Source of the DNA: Octopus vulgaris
Lineage: Eukaryota
Assembly: GCA_951406725.2 (NCBI GenBank)
Contig: OX597815.1
Span: forward strand, 160,890,001-160,954,000
Reading direction: 5' to 3'
DNA length: 64,000 nucleotides
The notes beneath the pieces are model-generated. The model was given only the letters and a program-made list of their open reading frames with translations. It did not search any database and had not been told where the DNA came from. Each line of letters begins with the position of its first letter. Within the stretch, counting starts at the first letter, position 1. Shown here piece after piece: positions 24,491 through 38,864 of this stretch. Both the position numbers and the translations under genes were made by a program.

Positions 24491-25482
24491 ATTTGATCGA
24501 CTCATTTTCATTCACAAAACATCTCTGTAGTTTTCGTTTATGTATATATATATATATTCATTTTAATTAGTATCTGCTTCTTCAGACAACTAGATTGTAG
24601 CTACAGTGTGGCTGAAGACTGATAAGAAAATAGATTATAATAAGTTGATTTGACACCAGCTGGCTGTGAAATGTAGTCAATCATGTCAGATTTTAAACAG
24701 TAATTCAAAATAAATTTGTCCTCCTTATCAAGAATATATGTGAAAATGGTAAAAGGTCATGAATATGGATAGAAAGAAGAGAGGTAATGAGATTCCCAGA
24801 AAGGTTGAGAGAAATTATCAATTTTATATTAGTGACTTTATATGAGACCTGATAAGGCTAAAAATACTAATTTATTCTTCGGTTTGCAAGTTCTTACTAG
24901 ATATTAGATGTAAAAGATAGATAATGACAAAAAAAATTTGAAAACTTACAATGACAAACATTGCTGAATAGAAAAGTAGGTTGAAATGGTAAAGATTACA
25001 GCTGCAGATAATGACAAGATGTAGCAGATCATAAAAATGGATAAAAAAAAAATTTTTAATAAATCCCAGACTGTTCTTGGACAGGATTTGGGTCAATTAG
25101 TGCAAAGAATAGCACACTTCTGTCAGGTTGAGAAGATAAGTTGATAAAATAAAGCAGAATATTTAAATGAAATCTTGAATAGATTTCTAATGATATTCCC
25201 GGATAGGTGAAGAGTCCTTGAGACATATTTTTCTGTCTGTTAACGAGGAATGATTTTAAGCTGACAAGCTAAGCTGACTTCACTGGATGGGTTGGGTGAC
25301 ACTGATTTCATTTCCTGATAACTGATAAGAGAATAATTACTCAACTATTTGTCTTTTACGAATAATGAAAACCTGATAATGCTGTAGTTCATAGAACTCA
25401 GATCACACTGACTACTTCCACTGCCTCAAAAGTAAAATAATGCTGAATACATTTAATTAGCATTTATAGTGAAATGTTTTTA

Positions 25483-25653
25483 GGATACAGGTATGGCTGT
25501 GTGGTAAGAAGCTTGCTTCCCAACCACATGGTTCCAGGTTCAGTTTCACAGTGTGGCACCTTGGGCAGGAGTCTTCTACTATAGCCTCAGGCTGACCAAA
25601 GCCTTGTGAGTGGATTTGGTTGACAGGAACTGAAAGAAGCCCATCATATATGT

Positions 25654-25685
<32 letters not shown>

Positions 25686-25880
25686 CCCCTTAACACTGCT
25701 TGACAACTAGTATTGTTGTATTTACACCCCACTAACTTAACAGTTCGGCAAGAGAGCCTGATAGAATAAGTACTAGGCTTCAAAAAAATAATTTGTTTGA
25801 TTACAACCCATCAAGGTGGTGCTCCAGCATGACCACTGTGAAATGACTGAAGCAAGTAAAGGATAAACAATAAAAGATAA
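25483..25880 (+). mobile_element. SINE family B
   Basis: GGTATGGCTGTGTGGTAAGAAGCTTG...AAATGACTGAAGCAAGTAAAG. Confidence 0.85.
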
Positions 25881-26188
25881 TTTCTCACTGGTAATTAACT
25901 GCATTATCATTTAAATCAAGAAAAATAATCACCCAATTTGTTAGAAAAAGCAACTTAGTCTCCCTCACATCATGTCCTACAATCTGAACTAAACAAGGAT
26001 ACACTGAACATTGTGGTCCTATATACATTACACCTAAAAAGAAAAATAGCTGACAGTCAGAACTGGAATACTTTTAGTTTTAATATTTGCCTGATCATTG
26101 CTGACCTATGTAAAACAACAACAAAAACATCAAAAATTGATGAGGGATCCTTTATAGAGCAGTTTAATCTACTAGAAATGTCAACCAA

Positions 26189-26419
26189 GGTGGCAAGCTG
26201 GCAGAAGCATTAGCAGGCCGGGCGAAATGCATAGCAGTATTTCGTCTGCTGTTACATTCTGAGTTCAAATTCCACCGAGGTTGACTTTGTCTTTCATCCT
26301 TTCGGGGTCGATAAATTAAGTACCAGTTTCACACTGGGGTCAATATAATCAACTTAATCTCTTTGTCTGTCCTTGTTTGTCCCCTCTATGTTTAGCCCCT
26401 TGTGGGCAATAAAGAAATA
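26189..26419 (+). mobile_element. SINE family A with 15-bp TSD
   Basis: AGAAATGTCAACCAA at 26174-26188 and 26420-26434; inserted in an older repeat. Confidence 0.92.
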
Positions 26420-26514
26420 AGAAATGTCAACCAAATCTCCCTTAAATCTCACCTCATTGTCTTACAAAATGACTGATTCTACATTTAAAAATAAGATGGT
26501 TGCAGCTGGAAGGC

Positions 26515-26708
26515 CCCATTTGTTACCATATTTCTTTTGAAATACACCGGCTATGTTTCAATTACTGCTCAAAATAATGTATAAACTAGTGTTTGGAACA
26601 TAAATCGATATGAAATCTTGATGGAAAGTTTTAATTTGGATCACTTTAATTTGGATCACTTTAAAACGGGAAGTTTGTGCCATAGAAGCAGGGACAGTAT
26701 CAAAAGGG
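26515..26708. mobile_element. piggyBac-type MITE, diverged
   Basis: CCCATTTGTTACC ... GTATCAAAAGGG-TTAA; related to the neighbouring MITE and to 16465-16612. Confidence 0.65.
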
Positions 26709-26731
26709 TTAATCATAGGTTGTCTGTTTAA

Positions 26732-26952
26732 CCCTTTTGTTACTGTATTTATTTTGAGATGTTCTGTGTTTCTTTCAATTACTTTAAATATAACAAAGAA
26801 TTTAATAAAATAACTTGGTTATCATTTAGCTAGTGTTAGGAACATAAATTGTGACTAAGGTTTGGTGGAAGATTTTAAATTCAAAACTTATGAAAACAAG
26901 ATATCTGTACTTAGAACTAGAGCTGGTTTTGGCTGGGTTGGTAACGAAAGGG
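26732..26952. mobile_element. piggyBac-type MITE, 221 bp, TTAA TSD
   Basis: TTAA-CCCTTTTGTTAC ... GTAACGAAAGGG-TTAA. Confidence 0.85.
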
Positions 26953-27167
26953 TTAATCATGGCTGACCTGCAGTTAAAGAATCACAACTGCAACATTAAC
27001 ACTTTTCAAATGACTTTCCTATTGTATTTATATTTGCTCATCCTTTATAATTATCATTTTAACATTGATCACCATATTTATATTGAATTATTTATCTTCA
27101 GAATCAATACTTTGAATATATGTATAATTCAAAACTTAAGATGGTGATAGAAAACTAAACTGCTTGC

Positions 27168-27392
27168 GAGCTGGCAGAATCGCTAGCATGCCGGGCGAAA
27201 TTCTTAGCTGTATTTCGTCTGCCACTACGTTCTGAGTTCAAATTCTGCTGAGGTCATTTTAGCCTTTCATCCTTTTGGGGTCGATTAAATAAGTACCAGT
27301 TATGCACTGAGGTTGATGTAATCGACTTAATCCCTTTGTCTGTCCTTGTTTGTCCCCTCTATGTTTAGCCTCTTGTGGGCAATAAAGAAATA
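27168..27392 (+). mobile_element. SINE family A with ~19-bp imperfect TSD
   Basis: Flanks AGAAAACTAAACTGCTTGC and AGAAAACTTAGCTGCTTGC. Confidence 0.9.
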
Positions 27393-27724
27393 AGAAAACT
27401 TAGCTGCTTGCCATATGAGCAGTGCAGGCAACTTATAGCAGGGACTGAGGAAGGAATGAAGACAGCAGTTTTACAAAAACTGTACTATATTGATGTTGTG
27501 CAGTTGTTGTTTAGCCTAATTCAGCCCTAACCCTAACTGAAAAGATCTTAAATCAAAGCCATTTAAATTGTGATCACAGAAATATTGTACCCCAGACTAA
27601 AGTACTTAACATGTCTTTTTGGTTGGTTCTAAAATACTAGATTATAGCTTGAGGTACATTTAGCTGATATTTCTAAGAGTTATATAGAGACCCCTTTCAT
27701 TTATCATCCAATTTTGAGACATCT

Positions 27725-28108
27725 TTTCATCTTTTACTTGTTTCAGTCATTAGACCGTGGCCATGCTGGGGCATTGCCTTGAAGGGTTTAGTTGAATGAC
27801 TTAATCCCTATTTTTATAAACCAGGAACTTATTCTGTTGGTGTCATTTTGCTGAACTACTAAGTTACAGGAAGGTAAACAAGCCAACACCAGTTATCAAG
27901 TGGGGATAGAAGACATATACAAATATAATCACACACACACACACGACAAGCTTTTTTCAGTTTCTGTCTACTAGTTCCGCTCACAAGGCTTTAGTCAGCC
28001 CCTGGGGCTATAGTAGAAGACACTTGTCCAAAGGGCCATTCTGTAGGATTGAACCTGGAAGCATGTGGCTGGGAAGTGGACTTCTTACCACACAGCCATG
28101 CCTCTGCC
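27725..28108 (-). mobile_element. SINE family B, diverged
   Basis: CTTTTACTTGTTTCAGTCATT...CTTACCACACAGCCATGCC. Confidence 0.8.
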
Positions 28109-28775
28109 AATGTTTTTTTTTATTTTATTTATTGCCTTAAGATAATTGTTTATAGTTTGAGGTACTTTTGGTAGCTATTTCTAACAGGTCAAGTGACCAT
28201 GTAAAGGCCTTTCCTTTTCTTTTGTCATGCAGCTTTTGAGATATGCTTAAAATACTGGTACTGTCATTCTATGTATGAAGATAGTACTATTGTTAAGTTA
28301 TAATAACTATTCAGGAACAATAACATGGAACCAGTTAACTGAATTCTACAGAAAAGTTGCATGTCAAACCATAACTGCCAATCTCATGATGCCATGATCT
28401 CATCTAGTTTTGATCCAACCATATTGTCTGGTATCCATTATTTAATTATGTGAGATATGTAGAGATAATTGATAATTAAATCTCATTCTGCTCTTATATG
28501 TCTAAAAGGCTTCTCAGTGACACGATGGAGATAGATTCAATAAACAAGGTATTTAATTTATATTCATGCATCAATGATAGAGGAAGTCAATGATAATGCA
28601 GCTACTACTGTTGCTGCTGTTGCGATGTTGTTGCTGTCACTGTTGTTGTTGTTGCTCCCTAAATCAATTCTGATCAAGCAAACTTACGACCAAAGGTTTT
28701 CTGTCATGATCATCCCATCCTGTCTTTTTAGGGGTGTCAAAGACGACACTAGTTTATGAGTCCCCCTCGGTTCAA

Positions 28776-29330
28776 CCCTTTAGCTTTCAGATTACTGTGT
28801 CAAATATAAAAACACCCTTCGGTCATGAATGACGATGGGATTGCACCTGAAAAGTTCCCCGCCAAAGCACAAGTCTGGGCAAAGTTGTTTATGGAAGACC
28901 AGCAGTCGCCCATGCATACCAGCCTCCCCTCTCTACACCATTGATGTTATCCAAGGGAAAGGCAAAGGCTGATACAGCTTGGTACTCGTTTCTACAGCTG
29001 AGTCAACTGGAGCAACATGAAATAAAGTGTCTTGCTCAAGAACACAACACACAGCCCAGTCCAGGAATTGAACTCAGTACTTCATGATTGTGAGTCCGAC
29101 ACTCTAATTGCTGAGCCATGAACCTTCTGTCAAACATAATGCTTACCTATTCACATTGTTTTGAATTAATCATGCATTATCTCATAACTTCAAGACTCCA
29201 GTATTGTGAATGTGCATTTCCAGAATGATATCGTTGGCCAGGTGAGAGAGGCTGAATCTGGCCAGTTTGAACATAAAATAGAATATTTTTTGCTGAATAT
29301 GGCAGGCTTAAATATTAATGTGCTAAAGAC
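28776..29330 (+). mobile_element. piggyBac-type MITE interrupted by a family C SINE
   Basis: CCCTTTAGCTTTCAGATTACT...; MITE sequence resumes after the SINE. Confidence 0.7.
28808..29127 (-). mobile_element. SINE family C nested in MITE
   Basis: Colinear with 18822-19160; TSD TGTCAAAYATAA. Confidence 0.88.
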
Positions 29331-29464
29331 TGTGAACTATAATCTGAGGGAGATTTGGTTATTATTTCTATCAGATTGTGTGGCTGTATAAAGGCACCCT
29401 TTATTGGATCATCATAATTATGATGTTGGATTCCGTGATGTTAAAATTGGAACCCATAATATCA

Positions 29465-29842
29465 TGGCACTCCATTGGTTACAACGACGAGGGTTCCAAT
29501 TGATCCGATCAATGGAACAGCCTGTTCATGAAATTAACGTGCAAGTGGCTGAGTACTCCACAGACATGTGTAACCTTAACGTAGTTCTCAGGGAGATTCA
29601 GTGTAACACAGTGTGTGACAAGGCTGGCCCTTTTGAAATACAGATACAACAGAAACAGGAAGAAAGAGTGAGAGAAAGTTGTGGTGAAATAGTAGAGCAG
29701 TGTTTGCCACCACCCCTGCCAGAGCCTTGTGGAGCTTTAGGTGTTTTCGCTCAATAAACACTCACAATGCCCGGTCTGAGAATTGAAACCATTATCCTAC
29801 AACCATGAGTCCATTGCCCTAACTACTGGGCCTTGGTGCCTC
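29465..29842 (-). mobile_element. SINE family D-related
   Basis: 3' part is the reverse complement of 2380-2550; tRNA-like head at the right end; accounts for ORF 29404-29757. Confidence 0.75.
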
Positions 29843-30963
29843 TACATATCCATAATATAAACAGTAACTAGCATCTCATATCCTACTGTATCTTTCACAT
29901 CCAAGTATGCTGATAGTCCAGGATGTGATCTTTGACTCTTGTAGGCTTCCATAAAATCAGTGCCTTAGATTAATATTTGGTTGTTTTTTCTTGTTTTTTT
30001 TTCTGTTGTTAGTATTACTTCATTAGGATTTTCTTCTTCTGTTCTGTGTATATTAGTAATAGGAAAACGAGGAAGAAAATACAAAAGCTGGTAATCCAAT
30101 ATTATAGCAGGAATGACTTAGAATGGCATGAAATAAAACCAAATTGTGTAGAGTCACTGGAAGAGAGATACAGAGGTTGAGAAAACAAAATATTTATGAA
30201 GTTTACAGAAACTGATGCCTTCTGATAAGAAATCAAGAATATTGTTGGATCTGGTTTGAAGGAAAAAGCCTGTAGAAGATGAGGTGAAGTGGAAAGGAAT
30301 AAATAAATAAATATGTAATAAAACATTAAAATAAATAAATAAATACATAATAAGAGGTAAAAAGGGAAGAAGTTCTGCACGAATATCATTTGCACTGATA
30401 TGAAATATGAGCCGAAACTGCATTGATGGTTTGAGGTGAGGAAGATTGAGAAATGAGAGTTAGGTTAAGATGGAAGTAAAAAAAACCAAAAAAAAGATAC
30501 AGAAAAGAAAAAGGAAAGATGGGGTGAAAGTAAATAGTGCTTTGCTTAAGATTGGGTTATGGAGATAAAGATTTAGGCTTGGTGTGTTTGTTGATGTACA
30601 TAATCTGAAATAACTCATAAAGGTGATAAAACCACAGGAAGTATTTAGGTAAGCAAGACCATGTGTGTGTGTGTGTGTGTGTGTGCATAAAAGTCGGGTT
30701 TGAGCCTATGTTATATATTATGTGTGAGTTGTGTTTGTGTATGATGTTGTATGTGTGTATGTATGTATGTATGTATGTATGTATGTGCATTGGAATAAGC
30801 CTGCGTGCATATAAAATTTGTATCTGTGTGTGTGTGTGTGTGTGAGAGTTTATACATACATTGAAGTGTTGCTGAAAGTATGCGTGTGTGTGTGTGTGTG
30901 TGCACAATCAAGTTTGTGTCTATGTATGTGTGTGCAAATGTAAGTAGGAATGTATGTATTCTG

Positions 30964-31002
<39 letters not shown>

Positions 31003-31074
31003 ATGCATTGAAGTGGAAGAATAAACATGGTGAGCATATAGTCAAGTTTGTGTCTATTTATCTTTGCATGGATG

Positions 31075-31447
31075 TAGGTGCAGGTATGGGTGTGAGGTAA
31101 GCAGTTAGCTTCCCAGCCATATGGTTCTGGGTTCAGTCCATCTTCGTGGCACTATAGCTCCAGGCCAACCAAAACCTTGCGAGCAGATTTGGTTGTCCAA
31201 AACTGAAAGAAGCCCATTGTGTGTGTGTATGTGTGTATGTGTGTGTTTGCTCTAACCTCCTTGCTGCTTGACAGTTGGTGTTGGTTTGTTTACATTCCTG
31301 TAACTAAGCAGTTCAGCAACAGAGATCAATAGAATAAGAAGTACCAGTCATTAGAAAATGGAAATACTGCAGATCAGTCCCTTTGACTAGAACCTTTCAA
31401 GGCAGTGCTCCAGTATGGCCACAGTCCAATGACTAATACAAGTGAAA
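31075..31447 (+). mobile_element. SINE family B, diverged
   Basis: Family B head and tail motifs. Confidence 0.75.
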
Positions 31448-31839
31448 GCTGTATGTATGTATGTATATCTGTATGTATGTATGCATGTATGTACATAAGT
31501 ATGTATATGAGTATTTTAAAGTGATGTGAAGTAAATATGTGAGTGCTTATAGTGAAGTATGTGACTACATATTTATATAACATGAATACATGTGCACTGG
31601 AGTGGTAGCAAATAAGGAAACATGCAAGTTGCAGGTGACTTATTTTGTATGAAAGTATCTGTAAGTATGAATTAGCATGAATACATTTATTTTTTTTAGG
31701 TGAGTATAGGTTTCAATATATTTGTCTGTATGTGTTAGAATGGAACAAGGAGAGAAGAGAATCAAGCATAAAGAGAAGAAAAATCAACATATTTTATGGA
31801 CAAATATGCAATATAACAGTATTTCTGTAGTTTTATGAA

Positions 31840-32245
31840 CACATACACGAACATAATTAGATGCATATATGTGTATGTGTGTGTATATATATGTGTGTGT
31901 GTAAATATATATATATGTTTGTGCCTATAATATATATGTATGTATATGGGTTCTACGAGCCTGCGTGACTTTAAGTTACATGGAGCTGAGTTAATCTGTT
32001 ATTAAATAAGGTATGTAGACACACAGACACACACATGTATATATGTATTTGTATTTATATATGTATATATACATATATGTATTTATATTTGTATACATAT
32101 ATATATATGTGTGTGTATATGTACATGCATGTATATATGTATACATATATATGTGTGTATATGTACATGCGTGCATATACGTATACATGTTTCTGTGTGT
32201 GTATATACATATATATATATGTGTGTATGTATGTGTGTCTTTGTG
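31840..32245. repeat. degenerate (TA/TG)n low-complexity tract
   Basis: Directly visible; similar tracts at 8370-8555, 30660-31005, 35245-35445 and 51715-51865. Confidence 0.85.
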
Positions 32246-32811
32246 GTTAAGTGTTCATGTGTTTGAGTGTTTGATCATCATCACCATCTTTAAGATTAGC
32301 ATCAATTTAATCTTTTCCATTACTTGCAGTGTTCAGACAAGCCTGCAGTGAAACACATTTCAGAGTTTTATGTATAAGACTCACATTTCTAAAAAACTTA
32401 ACAACATAGTAGAAAGTCTTTTATAGCCATCCTCTGCTTTGTTCTGTTCTTTTACTATATACATACTATTTTCACCCCAACATTTATTATTAATTTGCAT
32501 TATGCTTATAGTAATCTCATTGTTGTTAGTCCAGTGTCAGCTTCCACCAAGATCTAAAGCAGGCATCCCAAATTTCCAGGCCGTGAATCATTTTGTACTA
32601 AGCCCACAGAAAGAAAAAATTTTAAGACTTTATTTCTCTTCTATTGACTATTGCTGTCTCCAGGGTCACTTTGCATCATAGGTGTGGTCCTGTGGTATGA
32701 AGCTTGTTTCCCAGTTGCATGGTTCCAGGTTCAATCCTATTGTATGGCACCTTGAGCAAGTGTCTTCTGCTATAGACGCAGGTCAGTCAAAGCCTTGTGA
32801 GCAGATTTGGA

Positions 32812-32870
32812 TTGAGTGTATATTACATGGTTTGAGTGTTTATTACATGGTTTGAGTGTTTATTACATGG
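32812..32870. repeat. 20-bp tandem repeat x3
   Basis: TTGAGTGTWTATTACATGGT three times, directly after a truncated family B SINE (32680-32810). Confidence 0.9.
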
Positions 32871-33024
32871 CACTTGTGTATCTACAAGTCAATAATATCT
32901 ATTTGTTTTAGGATCAATCTGGCCAGATTCAGTTTCTTACACTTACCTGATAATGTCATGCTAAAAATAAACAATCACACCATCGAAATCTCAAAACCAC
33001 AAGATAATACATGATGAATTCAAA

Positions 33025-33490
33025 ACAATCATCATTATCATCATTTAGCATCCATTTTCCATGCTGGCATGAGTTGGACAGTTTGACAAGAGTTGGCCAG
33101 GTAGAAGACTACACCAGGTCACTGTATTTGTTTTGGAATGGTTTTTATGGCTGGATGCCCTTCATGACACCAACCACTCCACAGTGTACTGAGTGCTTTT
33201 TATTTAGCACCAGCACAGGCAAGGTCAATTTTGGCATGGTTTTTTACAGCTGGATGCCCTTCCAAATGCCAACCACTGTACAGTGTAGACTGGACGCTTT
33301 TTATGTGGAACCAGCAGAGTCACCAAGTTACTTGCAAGACAAAGATCCTTTGAGAGGGGAGGAAGCATTGGAGGAGGTAATCTTGTGCCAGATGATGAAA
33401 GGTTAGGGTGTGACAGAGAGACAGAAACAGGTGTCTTGTAGAGGAGATACATGGTTACCCAACCAGAGGTAAAAGCAAGAAAAAGAGAGA
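33025..33490 (-). mobile_element. RTE 3' UTR-derived repeat (family E variant)
   Basis: (CAT)n tail, TTTCCATGCTGGCATGAGTTGGAC, duplicated GCTGGATGCCCTTC..CCAACCACT module; accounts for ORF 33011-33406. Confidence 0.7.
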
Positions 33491-36040
33491 TAAAGTAAAC
33501 ACACAAAGCTTATATACTACAAGTAGAACAAAATATAATGTTGCCTGAGAAACCAGGAATCTAGCCCTATTCTCCTTAAGAAGTAATGTGGACTAATCAT
33601 ATGTAACATACGCATATGTAATATACATGTAATTATTAAATTATATAGTATGCACTTTATTGTGCTTTCTTATGCTCGTAAAAACACATGAAACTAGAAA
33701 ATATGATTGGGGACTGACTGCTCACTTGAATTATTCCACTGGTGACCATCTCCATTTTCTCTTTTTGTTTTTTTTTTTTTGTTTTAGATACAGTGTATTT
33801 ATATCTCATTAAATACCTTCCGTTTTTAAAACAGTAGTGTGCCATATAAGAAGGATTTGACTGCTAATTCTTGCAGATTCAGTGGCTTCATACAGACTCC
33901 TTCATTGACCCTTAACTAGACCTGTTGTTTCTCTTGGTAATATCAGACTATATAGTTAGTTTATTTCCTGAACATATTGTCTCTTAGTAAGATAAATTTT
34001 TCATTGAATATTCAGTAAATATCATTTGTTTCTTTACTCTTTTAATCATTTTATCACTTCTGCCATTAAAATTCATATTCTAATTATATATATATATTCA
34101 ATCACTTGAAGCCAGGAAATGAGAAACTCTGAGTGTCAACTAACCCAGATTCAGCATTAAATAAATACTCTACCTAATAGTGTTTTGCTTAATCCCAATT
34201 CACAATAGTCTACATCCAAAATCTATCAATTCATGTGTTTGAATGCCTTCCTGTCTGTTCATTGTTTGTCTATCTATTTTCTTACCTACTTACCCACCAA
34301 AGCCACCCAACATTTCGCCAACAAAATATCTGAAGATCAACATAGCTAGATCAAAAACTCTCCACAAACAATTAACTGTCAACACCACCAGCTGATCTTA
34401 TGGAATGTTCTGATAATTGTTTGGGAATCTCTGTGTGGTTTTCTTGGTCTACAAGAAATAGCAGTTACATCTCTCTCAAATCATACTCTATTGTGCTAAA
34501 TAGGGAAAGACATATTAGATAAAGTTTAACTGTCAAAAATATTAAAAAAAAAGAAAAAAAAGACTTGACAATTAGGATTGTAAAGTCTCTGGGCATAGAT
34601 TTACTTGATCAGCATTAAGTTGGGTGTTTGAGCCAGCAGCAAAAAAAATAAAAAATGAATGTTATCTAACACCTTTTTAGTGACAGGGAGGTGAGGCTGT
34701 GAGCCATTCAGGTTTCATTTCCTGACTGACAAACAATACATGTAAATGATACTAAAGCATGCACGCGCGCGCACACACACACACATGCAAGGGTATGTCT
34801 CTTAACACCTTTCTTCATCTCTTTCTTCTCTCTCTCTCTTACACTCATTCATATTGATATATGCAAGCCTGTGCTCACTCACACACATTGCTGAACTAGA
34901 TTTCCTGTATAAGCATTTCCCAATTACGATGCAGTTATTTTCAATATTGCATGTATATTTGCAGCTGTGTGTGAGTCTATGCATATTCACTCATGTACAT
35001 AAGCATATTTCTCTACCCTTCACTCTCTCTTCTACCCCACTCTCTATCTATTTATCTATCTATTTATCTGTATGTATATACATACATACACAAATATGTA
35101 CATATATACATGCATATATACATTCATACACGAGGCATTGGTTGAGTAGACAACACATGCATGAAGTACCACTCATTACGATTGAACCCAGAACCACATG
35201 GTTGCAAAGTCAGCTTCTTAATCATACAGCCATGCATTTGTCACACATATATGTGTGTGTGTATGAGTGTATACATGTGTGAGAGTGTATACATGTGTGA
35301 GAATGTATACATGTGTGTGTGCACGTGTATCTCTCTATCCGTATGTATAGATGCATGCATGCAAGTATGTATGTATGTACGTATGTATGTATGTATGTAT
35401 GTATGTATGTATGTGCATGTTTATGTATATATGTATGTATGTATCTGCTGTTCCTTGCACCAAGAATTTCAACTCTGTCTATAGGCTATCTTCCCATTAA
35501 TTGTATCTTACACAATATAAAAGCAAGTTTTTATTATCTTAATTGTGTGAGGCAAAATCCAGTGGAACTCTTGAGTTAACCCTTTAATTACATAGAAAGA
35601 ATGATATTTAAAGAGATCTGCTGGAAACAGATACAGTCATCTCTAATTATGTATAGCAAGTATATTGATTTTGTGTTTGAATGGATAGTTAGAGGGATGT
35701 GCATGCTTATGAATTTAAAGGAGGACACAATAAAAATTAACGCATTTCATATTCATGCACTTAAACATTTTGTTGTTTATAAACAGCTGTAAACATATGC
35801 ATGTGTGTGTGTATTTGTTTATGTGTGTACGTGTGTTGCGTGTTCGTGTTATCGTTTCATGTAAAGAGCTAAAAATACAATATATATGTAGAAATTTGAA
35901 TACAAGGAATACATGATATATATATGTGTGTACTCCTGTGTGGTTTGTAAGTGTGTGTGTTTGTGCTTGTGTGTATGTGCGTGTGTGTATCATCATTATA
36001 TGTACCCTTTTCCATGTTTGTATGGATTAGACAGGTTATT

Positions 36041-36522
36041 TAATTCTCTATTGCCCACAAGGGGCTAAACATAGAGAGGACAAACAAGGACTGACAAAGG
36101 GATTAAGTCGATTACATCGACTCCAGTGCATAACTGGTACTTATTTAATCGACCCCAACAGGATGAAAGGCAAAGTCGACCTCAACAGAATTTGAACTCA
36201 GAATGTTGCAGCAGATAAAATACCTATTTCTTTACTACCCAAAAGGGGCTAAACACAGAGAGGACAAACAAGGACAGACAAACGGATTAAGTTGATTACA
36301 TTGACCCCAGTGTGTAACTGGTACTTATTTAATCGACCCTGAAAGGATGAAAGGCAAATCGACCTCGGCGGAATTTGAACTCAGAACATAACGGCAGATG
36401 AAATACCGTTAAGTATTTCGAACACCATGTTAATGTTTCTGCTAGCTCACTGCTTTAGACAAAATACCACTATGCATTTCACCCGGTGTGCTAACAATTC
36501 TGCCAGCTCACTGCCTTAAGGG
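36041..36522 (-). mobile_element. concatemeric SINE family A (head fragment + full copy + 5'-truncated copy) inside one 14-bp TSD
   Basis: TTAGACAGGTTATT at 36027-36040 and 36523-36536. Confidence 0.85.
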
Positions 36523-37086
36523 TTAGACAGGTTATTGCAGCCTGAGTCAGTTCTTAGAGTTACTGCCTTCCTAGTGTCTCTCTACTCTAGTCTTTGAGTA
36601 TATATTGCTGGTATGAAACTATTGATGTCAGCTTCATAAAACTATTGACTAAATAAAAAACATATAGACCCTAATTGTGTAATATTAAATATTCCTACTA
36701 CACTAGCAGATATCAGTCTCTTATTTTCTTTGTTTTATAGAAAATGTAGTCCCTCTCTCTTCCCTTACCTATTTCTGGAGAGAGATATCTTGTGATTGGT
36801 CCACCTTAACCTTTCTCACTGGACAGTATGTCTTTTTTCCGAGAGAGAGAGAGACAGACAGACAGACAGAGAAATGAACACCCTTCACACTGGGTTGGTA
36901 TTTTTCTATTGGCTTCACAGTGCTGAGTGACGAAGTTGACTTTTGCCATATTTTAAAAGAGAGCAGAAAGGTCCAGAACAATGAACAAAGCTTTGTATCT
37001 GACACCCTCACACCTTTACAATGTGATACTTGTATGTATTTATATATGGAATTATGTTTGTGTGTGCGTGTGTGTGTGAGTATTTA

Positions 37087-37967
37087 CAAACTATTCAGGC
37101 TAAATTTGACAGTTTGCATAAAGGGAAAAGAACACAATATCCCACCACCAAATAAAGGTATTTGAAAATATAAAAAATATGAACTAGATTATGGTTGGGC
37201 GATAACAGTTTACTCAAAGTAGCCACCCTCAGTTTCTACCACAGCCTCCAGATAGTTCTGAAACCTGGCACTTGGCTTCCTCACTATATCCTTAGGAAGG
37301 TCTTCAAAGACCCACTTGACCTTGGCCACCTTGGTATTCAAGGCAGAGCAGTTGATGTTTTTTTCAGCTGTACCCCACACATAGTAATCCATGGGATTGC
37401 ATTCAGAGGGATTAAGAGTCCAGAAATTAGGGTTGGTGAGGTCATAGAAACTCTCCGACAACCACTTCTGACTCTTTGTGGAGGAATGGCAAAGAACCAA
37501 TTCCTGCTGAGACACATATGGCCTTCCAGCAGCAATCCCCTCCAGCCAGGATTTGACCACAGTCTCCAGCTGCTTCATATAGCTGTCAGAAGTGAGCTTC
37601 AGGCTCTGTTCAAAGATTTAGGGTAGCATAGCATCACTCTCACTGAAAACACACCCAAAGACTATCACAGTTTCGTGGGGTCTTGGTTTTCATGATAACC
37701 ATGTTACAATTCATAGTCTTTACAGTGTTCACACAGCATTGAGCAACAGTTAGGATGAAAGTATTTTAACAGCCAGCATGAATCATCATGATACAAATAA
37801 CACTTTTCCAATATTCAGATGGCTTCCAGTCTTCGTGTCAGCTAACTTTTTGTCAACCACAACTTTAATCTTTATGCTCTTCGACACTACTGATTGTTTA
37901 CCAATACATGAAGCTGTTCCTGAAAATAGTAGATATAAAAATCATCAGATTTAGCCTGAACACTCTG
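37087..37967 (-). mobile_element. Tc1/mariner element (DD37D/maT-like), internally deleted, with TIRs and TA TSD
   Basis: TA-CAAACTATTCAGGCTAAATTTGAC ... ATCAGATTTAGCCTGAACACTCTG-TA (19/24 match); ORF 37210-37578 has YVSQQE, NPSECNPMDYYVWG and LEAVVETEGGYFE*; upstream MKTK..VIVFGCVFSE. Confidence 0.88.
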
Positions 37968-38268
37968 TATACGTTTGCATGATATATGTATGTATGAGAT
38001 ACATAAACACACAAGTCTATATATATGTGTGTGTGTGTGTGTGTATATATATATTACATACATATAAGAGGGAATTTTACCACTATGTGGAAACCCTTAT
38101 GCTAGAAGATCTGCTATGAATACTATTTACTGAACCTCAGTTTTTTATATGCTAGACCACTGGTGTTAAAATTGATGTTTTCAAATTAATATCCAATTTT
38201 TCACCCTAATTTTAATTTTATATATATATGTGTGTGTGTGTGTGAGAGAGAGAGAGCATAGTCAAATA

Positions 38269-38310
<42 letters not shown>

Positions 38311-38789
38311 CACGCGCACATACATGCATATCTCTTTTGAGGAAAGAGCAGGTTTGAAGAGAAGGAAATGATGATGAAAAGAGGAAAAAAATATAGTGTC
38401 AGGTAGGAGAATTGAAAGAAAAGAAAACTTTTTCTTTTTTTTTTTTAATTCATTTTAATACACATATCCTGTTTCTGACTTTGATATTTACACGAGAACT
38501 TGCGTTGAAGATTAGAACTTTTAAATTATCACTTGAATGTCAATGCCAAAGCTTCTGCTGGATTGAATACCTTTTGAAATATGCGATTAGACATTTTTGT
38601 TGATGTGTTTCATCTGCTTTTGGTTTCCCCAATTGAAATATCTTAAATAATCACTGAATATTTCAAGTAGCTTAAGAAGCATTTCCTAATGTATTTCAAA
38701 AGAATAAGCGTAAAATGTAATCATCATCAACATTTATCAAAACATCACTACCATCATCATCATCAGCATTATTATTATTATTGTTATTA

Positions 38790-38835
<46 letters not shown>

Positions 38836-38864
38836 CATTATTGTAATTGTAATTAAAGCTGCAA

